Source of the DNA: Girardia tigrina | Taxonomy: Eukaryota | Direction of reading: 5' to 3' | Length of the DNA: 58,139 nucleotides | Assembly (NCBI GenBank): GCA_001938485.1 | Contig: MQRK01170068.1 | Span: 1 to 58,139 of the forward strand | Part shown: positions 25,145 to 38,733 of the stretch, piece by piece | Numbering within the stretch: the first letter of the stretch is position 1 | How the letters are laid out: each line of letters starts with the position of its first letter | The notes under the pieces: generated by a model | What the model saw: the letters and a program-made list of their open reading frames with translations, nothing else | Told to the model about the DNA's origin: nothing | Database searches by the model: none | Made by a program: the position numbers and the translations under genes

Positions 25145-27493
25145 CTAGCGAGGTGCCCGCCGTACATTTAGAAAATCTTATATCACATATTTAACTTATT
25201 CGTGATGATAGTAAAACAGATTGAATGTTGTATTATAATTCAGATTGTTTAAATAAATCGAAAATTGTGTCAGTTTTATTTTTCAAAATAAATCTTGCTT
25301 TGTCTGCCAACTTGTTTTTACAAGCTTTCACGGCAACAATCACTGCTCGGAATTAACATTCCTATGATAGAGAGAACCAAAAGCATGGACTAAATCTGGA
25401 CGTCTGGAAAAGATTGAGGCGATCTAGAGCCGCATCATTAAGGAAAATAAAATTATATTAATCATTTGAATATCTTTTTTTCTTGTGCGTATATCAATTT
25501 ATAGTAGAGCCGCATCGCGGATCTGTTCATGGAAAACTGGTTTTTCCTAATTGATATAGAAGACTAATAATGAACCGGTAAAATTTCACTTGTTTCACCC
25601 CTGAGTGAATTTCCAAATGTAAAAAATGTTTCTTTATGGATTGCAGGGTCAATCTGTTATTTTCATTTTTTTGTTGCAGTGAACCTTTCAAACAGAAGTA
25701 AAGTCGAATTTCCCATCGTTAAATACTCGATTTGATTTTGATGCACGGAATAATAAAAAATTTTGAGAACGAACATTTACTTTAAACACATTAATTGAAA
25801 ATACATTATAGTCTGCAGTGCAGTATCGACGTTGTATTGATGTCTCCATCTTTTCTACAGATTCGAAACTTTTCATTAACATAACATTATTTAAACAATG
25901 ACAATTTATAAAAAATGCAAAATTTTTGAGGGTAAATAGTTATTACAAATTGTCGTTTTTGATACCACGTTTGTTAATTTTAAATAAACTCGTATCTTCT
26001 GATTTTAATATTTTGGATGATTATTGTTGGAATTCTCAGATTGTTGTTGCGATGTAAAGATGAATTCAACAATAATCATGGAGAAAGTGTCATTTTCTTG
26101 AGCAACATCGAGGAGTCGTAGCGGGTCAGCATTTTAAACATGAACATAACTAATCAATCGATATCGATCAAGGTTTTGTGTGAGGGATAGAGCGTCCACT
26201 AGTCGGCAGTGGCTCTCCAAGGTCGAGGAGAGAGAGGTCTTCAGTTTTATGTCAGTAAGGATTATCTTGACACTGGCCCAAGAAGATAGACCAGATCTAG
26301 AAGACTCTACATTGTCAACTGGAAAAAGGGTAACTCACTCGATAAACTAGTGATCGACACTCTGTTGGTCTCAATGGACGAGCACTTGTCGCTCGTTTAG
26401 ATATTAAAAAGGGCTAATGCGTCGGACACGCAGTTCAGTTGAATCCTGATCGTGATCGTAAAAACACTACAGGAGGGGCGGTTGCGGATGTCATGAGTTA
26501 TATAGGGTTCTACAATATTATGGATCTGATGATACTCAGAGTCGGTGGAACATGTGCCAGTACCAGTGATAACATTGTCAATTTGAGTTTAAGATACTGT
26601 CAGTATCGATCAGCAGTGTGATCAAGCTGTATCGGTTGTATGTACTGACATGTCTTGCTGAGTGTCCTGCAGATTTTTTTATCACCTGGTGACTGCATCA
26701 TGAGGTAAATGTATTTTCAGATGAAGACAAGGTTAGATAGTTTTGATACGAGGACCGGACTGATATGAGTCGGTTACGGAGGTTGCTGCGAATGCTTGTC
26801 CAAATGAAATGATTGTTCGCATGGACCAGGGATTTAGACAACTAGGAGCGGGCCGAACCTGATGACTCACTATGCGGTTTAATGACCGCAACTTGAGTAC
26901 AATGAATTTTGCCATTGCATAGTTGAACATCGATGGCCCAACTCTACTACGCTTTTTGTTGTCTATGAGCCGTACTTGGATTTTGATGAACTATCGCGAT
27001 TCCATAGTTAAATACCGCAGGCCAGTAGCTGGATAAACTCGGTGACTTGCGTTGTTTAAGGGATGCTAATCTGATGATAGTCTTTTTCTTATTGATCAAG
27101 CTTTGTTCCTTGATCACAGGGAGCTTGTAGGTAAGTTACAATCACTCCTTTGCTGGATCAATTAACATGTTTTGAAGTTAGGGGACTCGTGATGTACTAT
27201 AATTCGGTTTGTTTAAATATACTGAATGTCATGTTAGTTTTGTTTTCAAAATAAATCTTGCATTGACTGCTCGCTTGTTATTATACTAATAAAAAGTTAT
27301 AAGTCTTCAGATGGCTTTCTGTCGCCTTCACTCTTTTATATGTAGAAATATTTCAATCCTATTGGTCAGTATAAAGGGAAATGGTGATTTTTTAAAAAGG
27401 CGACACTACCATTTCCCTTAGTTTGATAAAGTTTGTTAGTGTTTGGCTTTCAAACGCATAGGAACAGATAAACTGACTTTCTTTATATATAAA
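25145..27493 (-). mobile_element. Non-autonomous Helitron-like element with internal insertion
   Basis: Minus strand starts TATATATAAAGAAAGTCAGTTTATCTGTTCC and ends CGGCGGGCACCTCG-CTAG|T beside (TA)n. Diverged internal direct repeat 25225-25300/27191-27285. RPDLV (Rep-like) near 25400. Confidence 0.6.
26040..27190 (-). mobile_element. GC-richer insert, probable DIRS-type tyrosine recombinase remnant
   Basis: Minus strand 26700-26580 reads MQSPGD..(frameshift)SAGHSARHVST...IDTDSILNSN*, resembling the DIRS YR motif AG.D...HS.R..S...D.IL...W. Confidence 0.45.
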
Positions 27494-28259
27494 AATTATT
27501 GAAATATTTAAAAACAATTTTCATAATTATTGTCAAAGTAATGATTAAATTAGAAGAAATTAATATATTCTAAAAAATTTTTGGATTAATCTAGAATAAA
27601 TTTTATAATTTTCACAGATATTTCCATAAAAATTGATTATTAATTAATAAAAATTACTTTTAATATTTATTTCAAAACGTTTATAATATTTATATTTTTT
27701 TCATATTTATTATTGATTTTTGATCAATTTATTTAATTTAATTTTGATTGATTTTTTAAATATTTTATTGAAAAGAAATTATAAAATAGTAAAAAAATGT
27801 TTAAAAATTATTTGATTAATTTATAATTTATTTACAGAAATAATTGAAAAAAAATAAATTATCATATGTTTATCTGATTTTTATTATTATTTTAATATTC
27901 TAAAATATTTTATAAAAATAAATTATTAAATAATTCAAAAATTATTTAACTATTTTTATTTCTTTATTTTTGCTATTAAAAAAAACTTTTTGGAATAATT
28001 TGTATACACAAAAGATTTTAGAACTTTATTTTATATTGATAAAGGAAAGTTTTTAAGGTGTGTATGTCAATATCTTCTAATCATTTTTCAATTTTTGTGA
28101 ACACATTTAAGTGTATTTTTTTTCAAAGGGGCATATTTTTATTTACGAAGGAGGTATTATATAGTTATTTCATAACAAAAAGTTCTAACATCAAATATAT
28201 TTTATAACATAAAATTTTTATAACAAATAGTTTTTATAAAAAAAATGAATGATTATGAA

Positions 28260-29260
28260 ATCACTTACGTAATTCTAATCGAAAACTCTTAACAAATTAG
28301 TTGAGAGTACTGTTTGAACAATGATTTTAAGATCACATGATCTTATCAACAATGCTTCACATGACACTCTCTCCCAATAATTTTTAAAATGCTTGCACAA
28401 AATCTTAAAATCATTTATGCTCATATTACATTTACACGTTTTTTTACGCTCAGCAATATTACTCTTTCCCCTTTTTGACTGTGTTCTTGGACTCGTTTGC
28501 AGAGATTACGGGCAGTCTCTCCGATGTATGTGGCATTGCACCCATTACATGTGTATTGATAAACAATGTCCGAACACAATTCTAAAGGAGTATGTGATTT
28601 ATTGCAAAACATATTCTCAACTTTAAATGATTGAGAAATAATTTTTAAATTTAAAATGTTATCTGTTGATTTCAAGATCGAATTCTTGAGGTGTTTAAAA
28701 CCCTCGGAGTAAGGTAAGCTTAGAGTATACCCAGGTGTAAAGCAGTTTTCAATGTTTAAACTATTATTTTTTTCATTTTCGATTTTTTCTTTTTCGATTA
28801 TTTTATCTACAGTCTCACGAGTGAGTCTGTCTATGATGGACTTAGAGTAACCGTTATTATTCAATAACTTGCTCAATGTATCAATACTTTTAATAGATTN
28901 NNNNNNNNNNNNNNNNNNNNNNNNNNNNNNNNNNNNNNNNNNNNNNNNNNNNNNNNNNNNNNNNNNNNNNNNNNNNNNNNNNNNNNNNNNNNNNNNNNNN
29001 NNNNNNNNNNNNNNNNNNNNNNNNNNNNNNNNNNNNNNNNNNNNNNNNNNNNNNNNNNNNNNNNNNNNNNNNNNNNNNNNNNNNNNNNNNNNNNNNNNNN
29101 NNNNNNNNNNNNNNNNNNNNNNNNNNNNNNNNGAAAAGGAAACACATGTTCTCGAGATTCAAAGACTAGAAAGATATCATCCACATATCTCTTATAAAGT
29201 AGTGGTTTTTTCCCCAAAAACAATTCTATTTTTTCTTCAATGGAAGAAAGAGTTAAATAT
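28260..29260 (-). mobile_element. Penelope-like element (RT, linker, GIY-YIG), truncated, with gap
   Basis: YKRYVDDIFLVF, NNGYSKSII, LPYSEG, IVYQYTCNGCNATYIGETARNL.KRVQEH. Confidence 0.92.
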
Positions 29261-30174
29261 TAACATTCCGTAGACCAAACGGTCACATTGGACCCAATTT
29301 TCCTTAATGAACTAACCTTTTATATAAATAAATTTATTTAGTAAACACCGTCAATTCATTCGGTAATTTAAGCCACGAGCCCAATTGACTTAAGTGGTAA
29401 GAATTACATACTTTTTGTCAGACCGAAAGTTATGTATAAAATAAGAGTAGAACGATTGAGGACAAAATATCCGAGACAGAAATTAAAAATGGGACAAGAA
29501 TTTAACGTTTTAAAACAAGTAATTCATTTATTTAATTCTGTTTGAATCTCTCTATCTATTTCTAAATAAATGTGACAAATTTTTCATACGCCTCATTTGA
29601 GGATTCTACATGCGAAGTTAATTATTATTTATTTTTTCTTTTTTCTTAAATAATTGATAGCAATCTATAAACAATAGATCCATACAGATTTGACACTGTA
29701 TAATCAATTAATACTTATTAGCAAATTAATTAATTTATTCCTAAAATAATCAAAATTATTAATAGCCTTTGTCATTATTAAATGTATAATACAATAATAA
29801 ATATTTTGCAAAAAAGAAGAAAAATACATTTTCAAAAACACTGTTTGCGTACAATTTATATAAAATATAATCCAGTTTAAATTATATATTTATTTATTTA
29901 TTTAATAAAGGATTTATTTTAAATAATCCTCAAGGAGGATTATTTTTAATTTACTGTTAATAAATACCTTTTTTATAGAAGCCATATAAATATACATATA
30001 AATATACAATATATATAATATAAAAACCATATTTGATCTTGTGTAATTAAATATTTGTAGAAATTACATCAGTAATCTTCCAATGGGTCTGTGGTACATA
30101 TTGTATTGCTTGAAAACTTGACAATTATGGAAATTCAGAGTAAAATCCATTCAAAGTAATTCAGAGTAAATTCA

Positions 30175-31345
30175 CTGTAAAATTCCGAGCATAAGCTGCA
30201 GAAAACGTTTTTATGAAAGTGTATTTTTAGTCATATAAGCTGCAGCAAGTATTAGCTGCGCCATTTGCGTTGATGACACATGATTTTAAAAACAACAATC
30301 TATCATTCAAAAACCAATGTCACAGTGATAATAACCATTTTGTTTTAATTGTTTACATTGCTTATTGCACTGTTTTGAATCCTTGATTAAAATGGGTAAT
30401 GATTCTGAACAACAACAAAAGAAACAGCGAAGATCTTTTAGTTCAGCAAAGAAAAAAGAAATTATTGAATTAGCTCATGAGTTAGGAAACATACGGGAAA
30501 TGGCAAAACGATATGATATTGATGAAACTGTTATTCGACGTTGATCGCCCAAGATTCTGTTATCAAAGCAATGAATCCAAATCGAAGATTTTTGTGTGGT
30601 GATAACGCTAGACATCCGGATTTGGAAAGAAAATTACACGAATGGATCCTAACTCAACGTGAACGAGAATTTCTTTTTGCACAAAGAAACTTCCAAAGAC
30701 TTGAATTCCTGAATCAAAGTTTTTTATTGCAGCTAATGGATCTGGTTGGATGAATCATGAAACTTTTAAGACATGGCTCAAGAAGGTATGGAAGAGACGA
30801 ATTACATTGCCTCCAAAGACACCATGGAACGAGGATCCAGAAGTAACATCATTGCTTTTATTTGATATGTGCCGCTCACATCTTGTCACTACTACACTTG
30901 ATGAAATTAAGAAGGAATCCAAAGTAGCTTGCCATTTCCCGTATGTTTCCTAACTCATGAGTTAATTCAATAATTTCTTTTTTCTTTGCTGAACTAAGAT
31001 TATGAGAACATCAAGCAAACTAAATCCGGAAATATGAAAGCAGCTGACTTGAATACCATTTTCGAATGGATTGTGTATTCTTGGAAAGGGGTTAACCTTT
31101 CCACCATTTTGAATGGTTTTCGTGTTTCATTCAGTGAAGACGACGATGTTCTTGAAATTGAAGAAATTGAAATGAATGTGAATGAGTCTGATCCAAACAT
31201 TGCAGTTTTTCATAACCTTTTAGAATTACTAGAAAATTTCACTTTTATTGTCAATGAAAAGTGTGATGGTTTTGAGGAGTGTGATGTTGAAAATTGAAAT
31301 AAATAAATAATCTTATCTTCAATTTGAATTGTTTTTGAAATTTAA
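30175..31345 (+). mobile_element. pogo family B deletion derivative
   Basis: Near-identical to 23565-24985 but lacks ~400 bp at ~30670 and carries an inverted filler at 30929-30997. Left end CTGTAAAATT. Confidence 0.9.
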
Positions 31346-32637
31346 ACAGTCCATTCTTTGTTGTATTTTTTAAAATTTAATTTCACTTCTGGTTATGTTG
31401 ATTGTTTTGTTTAGACCATTTTTTTAGATCAATTAGTCGGCTCCCGATATTTATAATAAAATTTAGATATCTGGTTTTTGTGCAAAATAGGAAAATATTG
31501 TTCCTCGTAAAGTTGTTTGAAAATAGTTAATTGTCAGAAATAAACATGTAGAGTTATAAATTCTATTCTTGAGCGCAAACCCAACACTAACTAAAAAATA
31601 GATCTAAAACTTTGATTCAATTTTTATGATAATCAAATGAACTTAAAGTAATTTTGTTCACATTTATGAATTCTAATATCCAAGGAATCCCTAAAATTAA
31701 GTTTTTAAATCATCCTCAAAAATCTACATTTCTACCTTTCATGTAATCATACACTATCTTCGCTTTACTTTTGAAATTACCATATTAGAAAAAGTTAATA
31801 AAAAATTTATTAATAGTCAAAACAAAAATTAATTTGTATAATTAATATTAATAAATATTCTTTTTTTTCTCTAGTTTTATGGCGAAAGTATGTCATTAAA
31901 ATATAGCCAGGAAACAGCAAAGTAAAGGACATCATTTCTGACAGATAATTTCTTGAAAACGGAAATATCGTCGAGAATTTAATAAATACATATTTTGAAA
32001 ATTTATAATTATAATTATTGAAAATTCTCTTAATTAATTACATTAATTAATAATTTAAAAATTATTCATTAAACATTTTACTACATTAAACAATTATAAT
32101 AACTTTTATTTTGATAATAAATACTATATTTTTAAGAGATAAATTTAAAATAAAATAAATATTTTAAGCAATTTAAATATTTGATTTGAAAAAAACATTT
32201 TAAAACATTAAAATAAGTATTTGTGATAAATATTTTTTAAAAAATTATTTAAAAAAACTATCTTAGGACATATTCTGATCTACTTTGATCTTAATCAACT
32301 ATAATCCTTGCTTAAATAAGTAAAAGTATATATTTAAAGTAAAGTATAAGAAAGAATGCTTTTTTATATAAAATGATAAAAATTAATCTTATTAATAATA
32401 ATGTATCAAATAGGAAATTAGAGATTAATATTAGGTGAATGTTACAAAGATTCTATGTCCATTTTATGGATTCTACAATGTTGACACCCTAAACTCTAGA
32501 AGTATCACAGCAGATCACTATCCTCGATGTTATCATGATAATCTCCACAGAAGGAAAGCAGTCAAAGATTCGACTATCCCAAACTACTTTAGAAAGTCTG
32601 CATTTCATATAACTTTCAATGAAACCAGTGTACCTGC

Positions 32638-33037
32638 AGATTCAGGTGCAAAAGTTTGTTAACGCTTATTGCTAAATTGTCTTTTGCACCCAACTGCAAT
32701 TATAATGACAAAAGCACACCAAAATACAAAGATTTTATTAGAACATTATAATAAGGCACAAATTTATCAAAACTTGTCATAATTGGCACATAAACCACGA
32801 AAAACCAGTGTATATTTAGTATTTTGTGTGTTTACCCTTATTTTTGAGATCAGAACGAATTCGGTCAGGCATCGAACGGCATAATATTTTACAATAGTCT
32901 GGTCACACTTTTTGAGTCCAAACAGTTTCCAGTGCTTTGATCATGTCCTGCAGGGAATTTGGGTGCATGGCAGCAACCTGTTTCAGTATAGAAAAGCAGT
33001 ATAGAAACAGTCGTTCACAAACTTTTGCACCTGACTG
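32638..33037 (-). mobile_element. ~400-bp Tc1 deletion derivative
   Basis: Inverted ends CAG(.)TCAGGTGCAAAAGTTTGT(G/T)AACG. Retains transposase C-terminus KQVAAMHPNSLQDMIKALETVW. Confidence 0.8.
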
Positions 33038-34029
33038 TATATCGTCATTGAGTCGCCGATCAAATACCACAAGGAGAATATGATAGATGAAGACTCCGTC
33101 TTCTTTGTAGCTTTTTCTTCCAAACAATCTGGTCAAAGAATTGATCTGAAATCAGACATCAGCGTTGATGGAGGAATAACTTTGGTTAATCCATCTTTTC
33201 AACATTTCCTTGCCCACCATGGTAAAAAAAGATCTCTGACTGAATGTGCAGGATGTGATAGTGATTATTAGGAAAATTAGAAAAAAATGCCTTAATTCAA
33301 CAGGATTTATGTCCCTTTCTAAGCCGTGAGAAAAATCTTTGATTTTATTGTGTTTCAATGTAAGAAACTCAATAAAAGACTGTCTTATGAATATTATTGC
33401 ATTTATACTTTTATGATTTGATGCAGAAACCAAGTTTACATAAGATATTTGTTAAGGTTGGTTTTTTTGTTACATAATGAACCTTTAGTTAACGTAGCAG
33501 TTTTCTTAACATGGTCAAAAGTTACAGAACGAATGTGGTCACTTTAAGAGGTTTGAACTCTATTTAAAAATTTGTTTTACTTTTATAAGAATATATTAAC
33601 TGATTTATAAATATAAAATTACTAAAATTTTTAGCACTACTTATTTAAATTTTGATCTTTTTTAAATATTTTAATTACTTAAGTGTTTCATGTTTCAAAT
33701 TCACAATTAACATTTTTAAATAACTTTATTTATTATATATTTAGATAGAATTTCCAACTGTTTGGTAGTGACCCCATTGATTGTCCGACCAAATGAAGAT
33801 ATTTTCACAATATTAATGTACGATTTTATGATATCAAACTTATCCATTGAATCCGTTCAATTTGTTTCAAAGGTTTAATAATTCCATCTCACAGTCTTCC
33901 TACAAGTATTAATGTATAATGAATATTTTCTTTTACATTAATTTGATTAAGTTGAAGTAATAGAAAGGAAAATAATATTTATTGTATATTATGAAAAATT
34001 GTTCTTCAAGGATTAAAATAATTTTCTTT

Positions 34030-37000
34030 TTTCCATTTGTTAGAAGAAAAAAGATCTGCACTAAAATATATTTCAATAAACTAAATCACAAACACACATA
34101 CATCAGTTATATACAGAATAAATGGAGAGTCAAAGGTTAACTCGGCTCTCGACCATGTAATAGTTATATAATACAAATTTAGAATTATTCTAAATTTGTT
34201 AATTGCGTAATATTTAATTTAATTAATTTAATTTAATTCTATAATATCTAACATCCCCCTCGTTTTAAATGGTTTCAACCACTCTATATTCTTCACCAAT
34301 AATTTTCCGTTTTTATCTTGTAATTCATAGCTTCTGTGGTGTCGCTTTTAATGAATTTTTATCGTCCCCTCGTAACGGTTATCATCTTTATTACTTCTGG
34401 CTTTAACTTGTACTAGAACATGTTCTCCCCCATTAAATTCTCTATTTCCCCGTTTACTATTATCATATGCAATTTTACTTTGATTCTGTCTAACGGTATT
34501 TAAAATATCTTCACGATTTCTTCTTATCTCTTTATTATTATTCCATTGCCTATTTATCGGGAAACCAAATACGACTTCTGCTGAAATCATTCCGATTGAC
34601 TTTTGCGTTGTGGCATTTAAGGAATATTCAACTTCTGGTAATAATTCGACCCAAGTTTTTCCATTTGTATCTTTTAAAGAAGAAGATATAAAATCTCGAA
34701 TTGTCCTAAATTGTCTTTCGATTAAGCCCATTGGTGTTGTGATGATATGGGCTTGAATATTGAATCTGAATTTTATAACGTTCTGCTAGCTCCTTCAAAA
34801 CTTTGGATTGGAACGATTTTCCATAATCTAAATACATTACTCGATGTGCACCATATTTTAATATCCATCGATTCAAAAGTATATCAGCAGTTGTCTTTTT
34901 ATCTTGTTTGGCCACATCATTTAAAGAAATGTATCGACTAAATTGATCTATAATAGCTAAAATGTACTTTTTTCCTTGAAATGTCTGTTTGAATGGTCCA
35001 CAAAAATTGAGAAATATTGACTCAAATGGAAAGTTAGTGCTTTGCTTAATTACAGTTTCTTTTGATCAGGCCTCACAAGATTCTACAATTTGTTTTGTAA
35101 ATTCATATATTTTCATCATAGCAAAATTAAGTCGAATATAATCATAAACTTTTTTTAATCCAGCACGGCATAATAATTTATGGGTTTCAATAATAAACTG
35201 ACTCCGTTTGTTATATTGTATTCATATTTTACTCTCAGTTGTAAGAATAACATCGTTTTTTATCCGAAATTTTCTCGTATTTAGTTTTTCCACATCTTCT
35301 TTGATTTTTTCGATTTCCTCATCATTTCGTTGCCATTTCTCACCATTGGATTCTGTCATCAGAGCTAATTTTGTTGTCTTTAACTTACCTTTTTGTGGTT
35401 CTTCATGATTCATTTTGCACTGCAAGCAATTTTCCCATTTGCTACGTGATAAAGAATCTGCATTGGTATGATTGATTCCTTTTCTGTACTGCATATTGAT
35501 GTCCAAACTGCTTAAATAATTGATCAATGTTTGGAATTGAGATGTAATCTGTTTTTTTAGTTGTAAGCATGAATGTTATTGCTTTATGATCCGTCCTAAG
35601 AGTAAATCTCTTACCATATAAATAGTGCTTGAAATGTTGAGTAAAATAATAAATAGCCAATAACTCTTTCCTAGTTACACAGTATCCTATCTCATGTTTG
35701 CTCATTGAATGTGAACTCTAATGTGAGGCAATCACTCTTTCATTTCCAAAAGTATCTTCTTGCGATAGAACAGCTCCAATGGTATCAAAACTTGCATCGG
35801 TATCTAAAATAAATTCCTTCTCGAAATTAGGATAAGCTAGAACTGGTGTCTTCGATAACGCTTCTTTCATTTTCATAAACGCATCATTGTATGTTTCTGT
35901 CCATATCATTTTGTCCTTGTTAAGCCCACATAAACTTTCTAAATTCTTTGAATATTTTGAATAATCCTTGATAAACTTACGATAATAATTACATAATCCT
36001 AGAAAACTTCTTAAGTTTTTAAACATTTCGGTTTCTCATAATTAATTATTGATTGAATCTTACCTTCATCTATCTTTATACCTTTTGAGCTAATAATATG
36101 TCCAAAAACATTGTTTCTTCTTTAATAAAATGACATTTTTCTGGATTTATTCTTAATCTCGCATTTCCTCTTTTCTGAAAAATTTTATCTAAACGTTGAA
36201 AATGTTCCTCCAATGTTTTTGAAAAAGATCAAAATATCGTTTAGATAAACAATTGTCTCCTTCCAATGCATATCACCAAAAACTATTGTCACCAGTTTCT
36301 GGAACGTCGCAGATGTTGCTGCTATTCTAAAAGGCATCCAATTGAAGCAGAATTGTCCGGTTTTTGTTGAGAATGTCGTCTTTTCTTGTGACTCTTCATC
36401 CAATTTCACATGATAATAAGCATTACCTAAATCAATGGTACTGAAATACTGAGATCCATTTAGAATATATAAAACATTTCTTCTATATGAGGCATTGGAA
36501 AGGCCGGTCTTTCCGTTATCTTATTAAGTTGCCTAAAATCTAAATATAATCTTATGTCTTTCTTTTCCTTTTTCCAGACACAAACCATTGGTTTGTTCCA
36601 TGGAGAGTTGCATTTCCGAATTATTCCATTCCTCTCTAAATTTCTTATGTCTTCATCAATTTTATCCTCTAAATTTATGGACTGACGTCTCGGTTTGATA
36701 TTTATAAGTCATCCATTAGTTAATATCATGTGTTTCATAATATTTGTGCATCCTATATCCCATTGATGTGCCATGAAAACATTTTTGTGCTTCTGCATTA
36801 CTTTATATAACCCCGATTTTGAATCAATATTAAAATGTTTTATTGCCTTATCAAACCTTTCAAGTTTAGTAACTTGTTTCCCAAATTTCGCATCTATGTT
36901 GCAAATATAGTTATTTTGAATATTTTCGATGTCATAATTTTTACAGTTATTTAAATTCTCTTGTAAAATTAATTTCAAGTTAAATTTATTTAAGAAATTC

Positions 37001-37700
37001 CTTCCTGCAATTATTTTTGGAGTAACTTTATCAGCAATATAGAATTCTATGTCTTCACTATGACAATCAATTTTAACATTAATAACTATTACTTCATAAC
37101 AATACTTCATTGTTGACTGATGCCTCATCATACTCTTTGTATGAATCTGGCTCTTTTTCTGTAATAGGAATTTATCGGTTGTTGATTGGCATATTGTTAA
37201 AAAATCCTTCATTAACATTTTTGTCTCGATCATTATCTCTTGGTAATCGGTAATCACCTCGACCTCTACGCAATCCTCTTTCTCCCTTAAAAAATCTCGT
37301 CCTCAGTATTCTCGATTTTTACAATTTTCATCAAAGTAACCCATTTCGTTGTTTTCAAAATAATTTTAATACTGTACGGAGGAGCATTTGTAACCTGATT
37401 AAAGCTAACACCTGATTGACCCTTGAAATATATGACTCGATTATAGTCTTCTCCTTAGACTCGGTCTTTTCTGAACGGTCGTTCACGATTATGTACCTCA
37501 AACCGACTTGCCTCGCTTCATTTCTGTGACTTATGTTGTCTCTCTCCAGTAAAGAAGCACATCATAAAGTTGCTCCTTTTATGATTTCTCTCTGTTGAAA
37601 CTTTACCAACGCAAGTCCACCAGAGCGGTGTCAATTGAGCTATTGGTTCATTTAATCGTCCTTTAACTTCTTTCATAGAATATTGTAGATTTAAATTATC
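34030..37700 (-). mobile_element. AT-rich Ty3/gypsy retrotransposon, decayed (gag end, PR, RT, RNase H, IN, 3' LTR); outer boundaries approximate
   Basis: MPFRIAA, YLNDILIF, LRSFLGLCNYYRKFI, ILDTDASF, RTDHKA, SSPYHH.TNG. PPT GAGGGGGA followed by TGTTAG LTR start at 34253. Confidence 0.92.
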
Positions 37701-37719
37701 TGCTCCTAAAAACCACGAA

Positions 37720-38690
37720 ATCTATCTTTAAAGGTGGCCTTGATGTGGAAATTCGTCGTTACTTAAAGAAGATTTGTGGAACGGTCCCAAATTCATCCAA
37801 TGACTCCATGATACTAAGTGAACATTCAGTTGACAATATAACTTTCCACTTGCACAGAATCTATAACAAAATGAAATTTGACAAATGGAGCAAACAAAGG
37901 ATGGCTGGAATGTCAGCCATCTCATTGGCAGAACAAAACTTCAGCTCCAAAGTACTTTACAACGAGTCACTATCCATCGAGGAATGGCGCTTTTTACACA
38001 GCGCAAGGACTAATAGTTTACCAATCAATTATAAGCCGAAAAAACCAAGACAAAAATCGATGTGAAGGGTATGTGGTCAAGATATAGAAACGCAGATCCA
38101 TGTTCTATGTTGGTGTAAACCCCAACAGCACTCTGATACAGGCGAGAAATAAAACAATTGCAGAAATCGTCACAGATGCTTTACTTGCAGAGAAATCAAT
38201 TTTAAAAATCATCATGAATCGAGTGTGATTGGTCTGTTTCGTGAAGCCGTGTTGATTTACAAGTTTATAACCATAGAACCAAAGAACTCTGGCTTATATA
38301 TCTATATAAACACCTTATGACACAATCAAAGCACTTAAAGATGCCAGAGATAACAACAAAAAGAAATATAAAAGTCTGCTAACTGAAGCAAATGCGGCTC
38401 ACAAAGGATGGACTGTAATATTAAGAGCAATTATGATCGGCTGTTTAGTCCGCCGATAGTTTGGTCCGCCGATAATAACAACCTGCTTAAAAACAAATTA
38501 CATCTTTCAGGTACAACTATAAAAAATATAACCAAAATGTGCATTGTGTCATATATCAAATATTCCAACTCGACACAATACCGGTCAATATAACCCACTG
38601 ATGCCAAATGCGGTGACGACAATAGCGATATTCGTCATTCGCACAAAATAAATTTCACCTTATATAATTTTGGCCAAGCTTTTTATCCAG
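37720..38690 (+). mobile_element. 5'-truncated non-LTR retrotransposon with restriction-like endonuclease (NeSL/Utopia/R2-type)
   Basis: EWRFLHSARTNSLP, CCHC knuckle (VCGQDIETQIHVLCWC), then PYDTIKALKDARDNNKKKYKSL and IMIGCL, matching the RLE layout. Confidence 0.8.
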
Positions 38691-38733
38691 TATACGTATT
38701 CAGTACAACTTTAGTGTAAGTAGCATTTATGCC

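Noticed and set aside
37716-37725. CGAAATCTAT resembling a planarian spliced-leader segment at the RLE element 5' junction
   Set aside because: A 10-nt match recalled from memory in AT-rich DNA; no SL continuation at the 3' junction.
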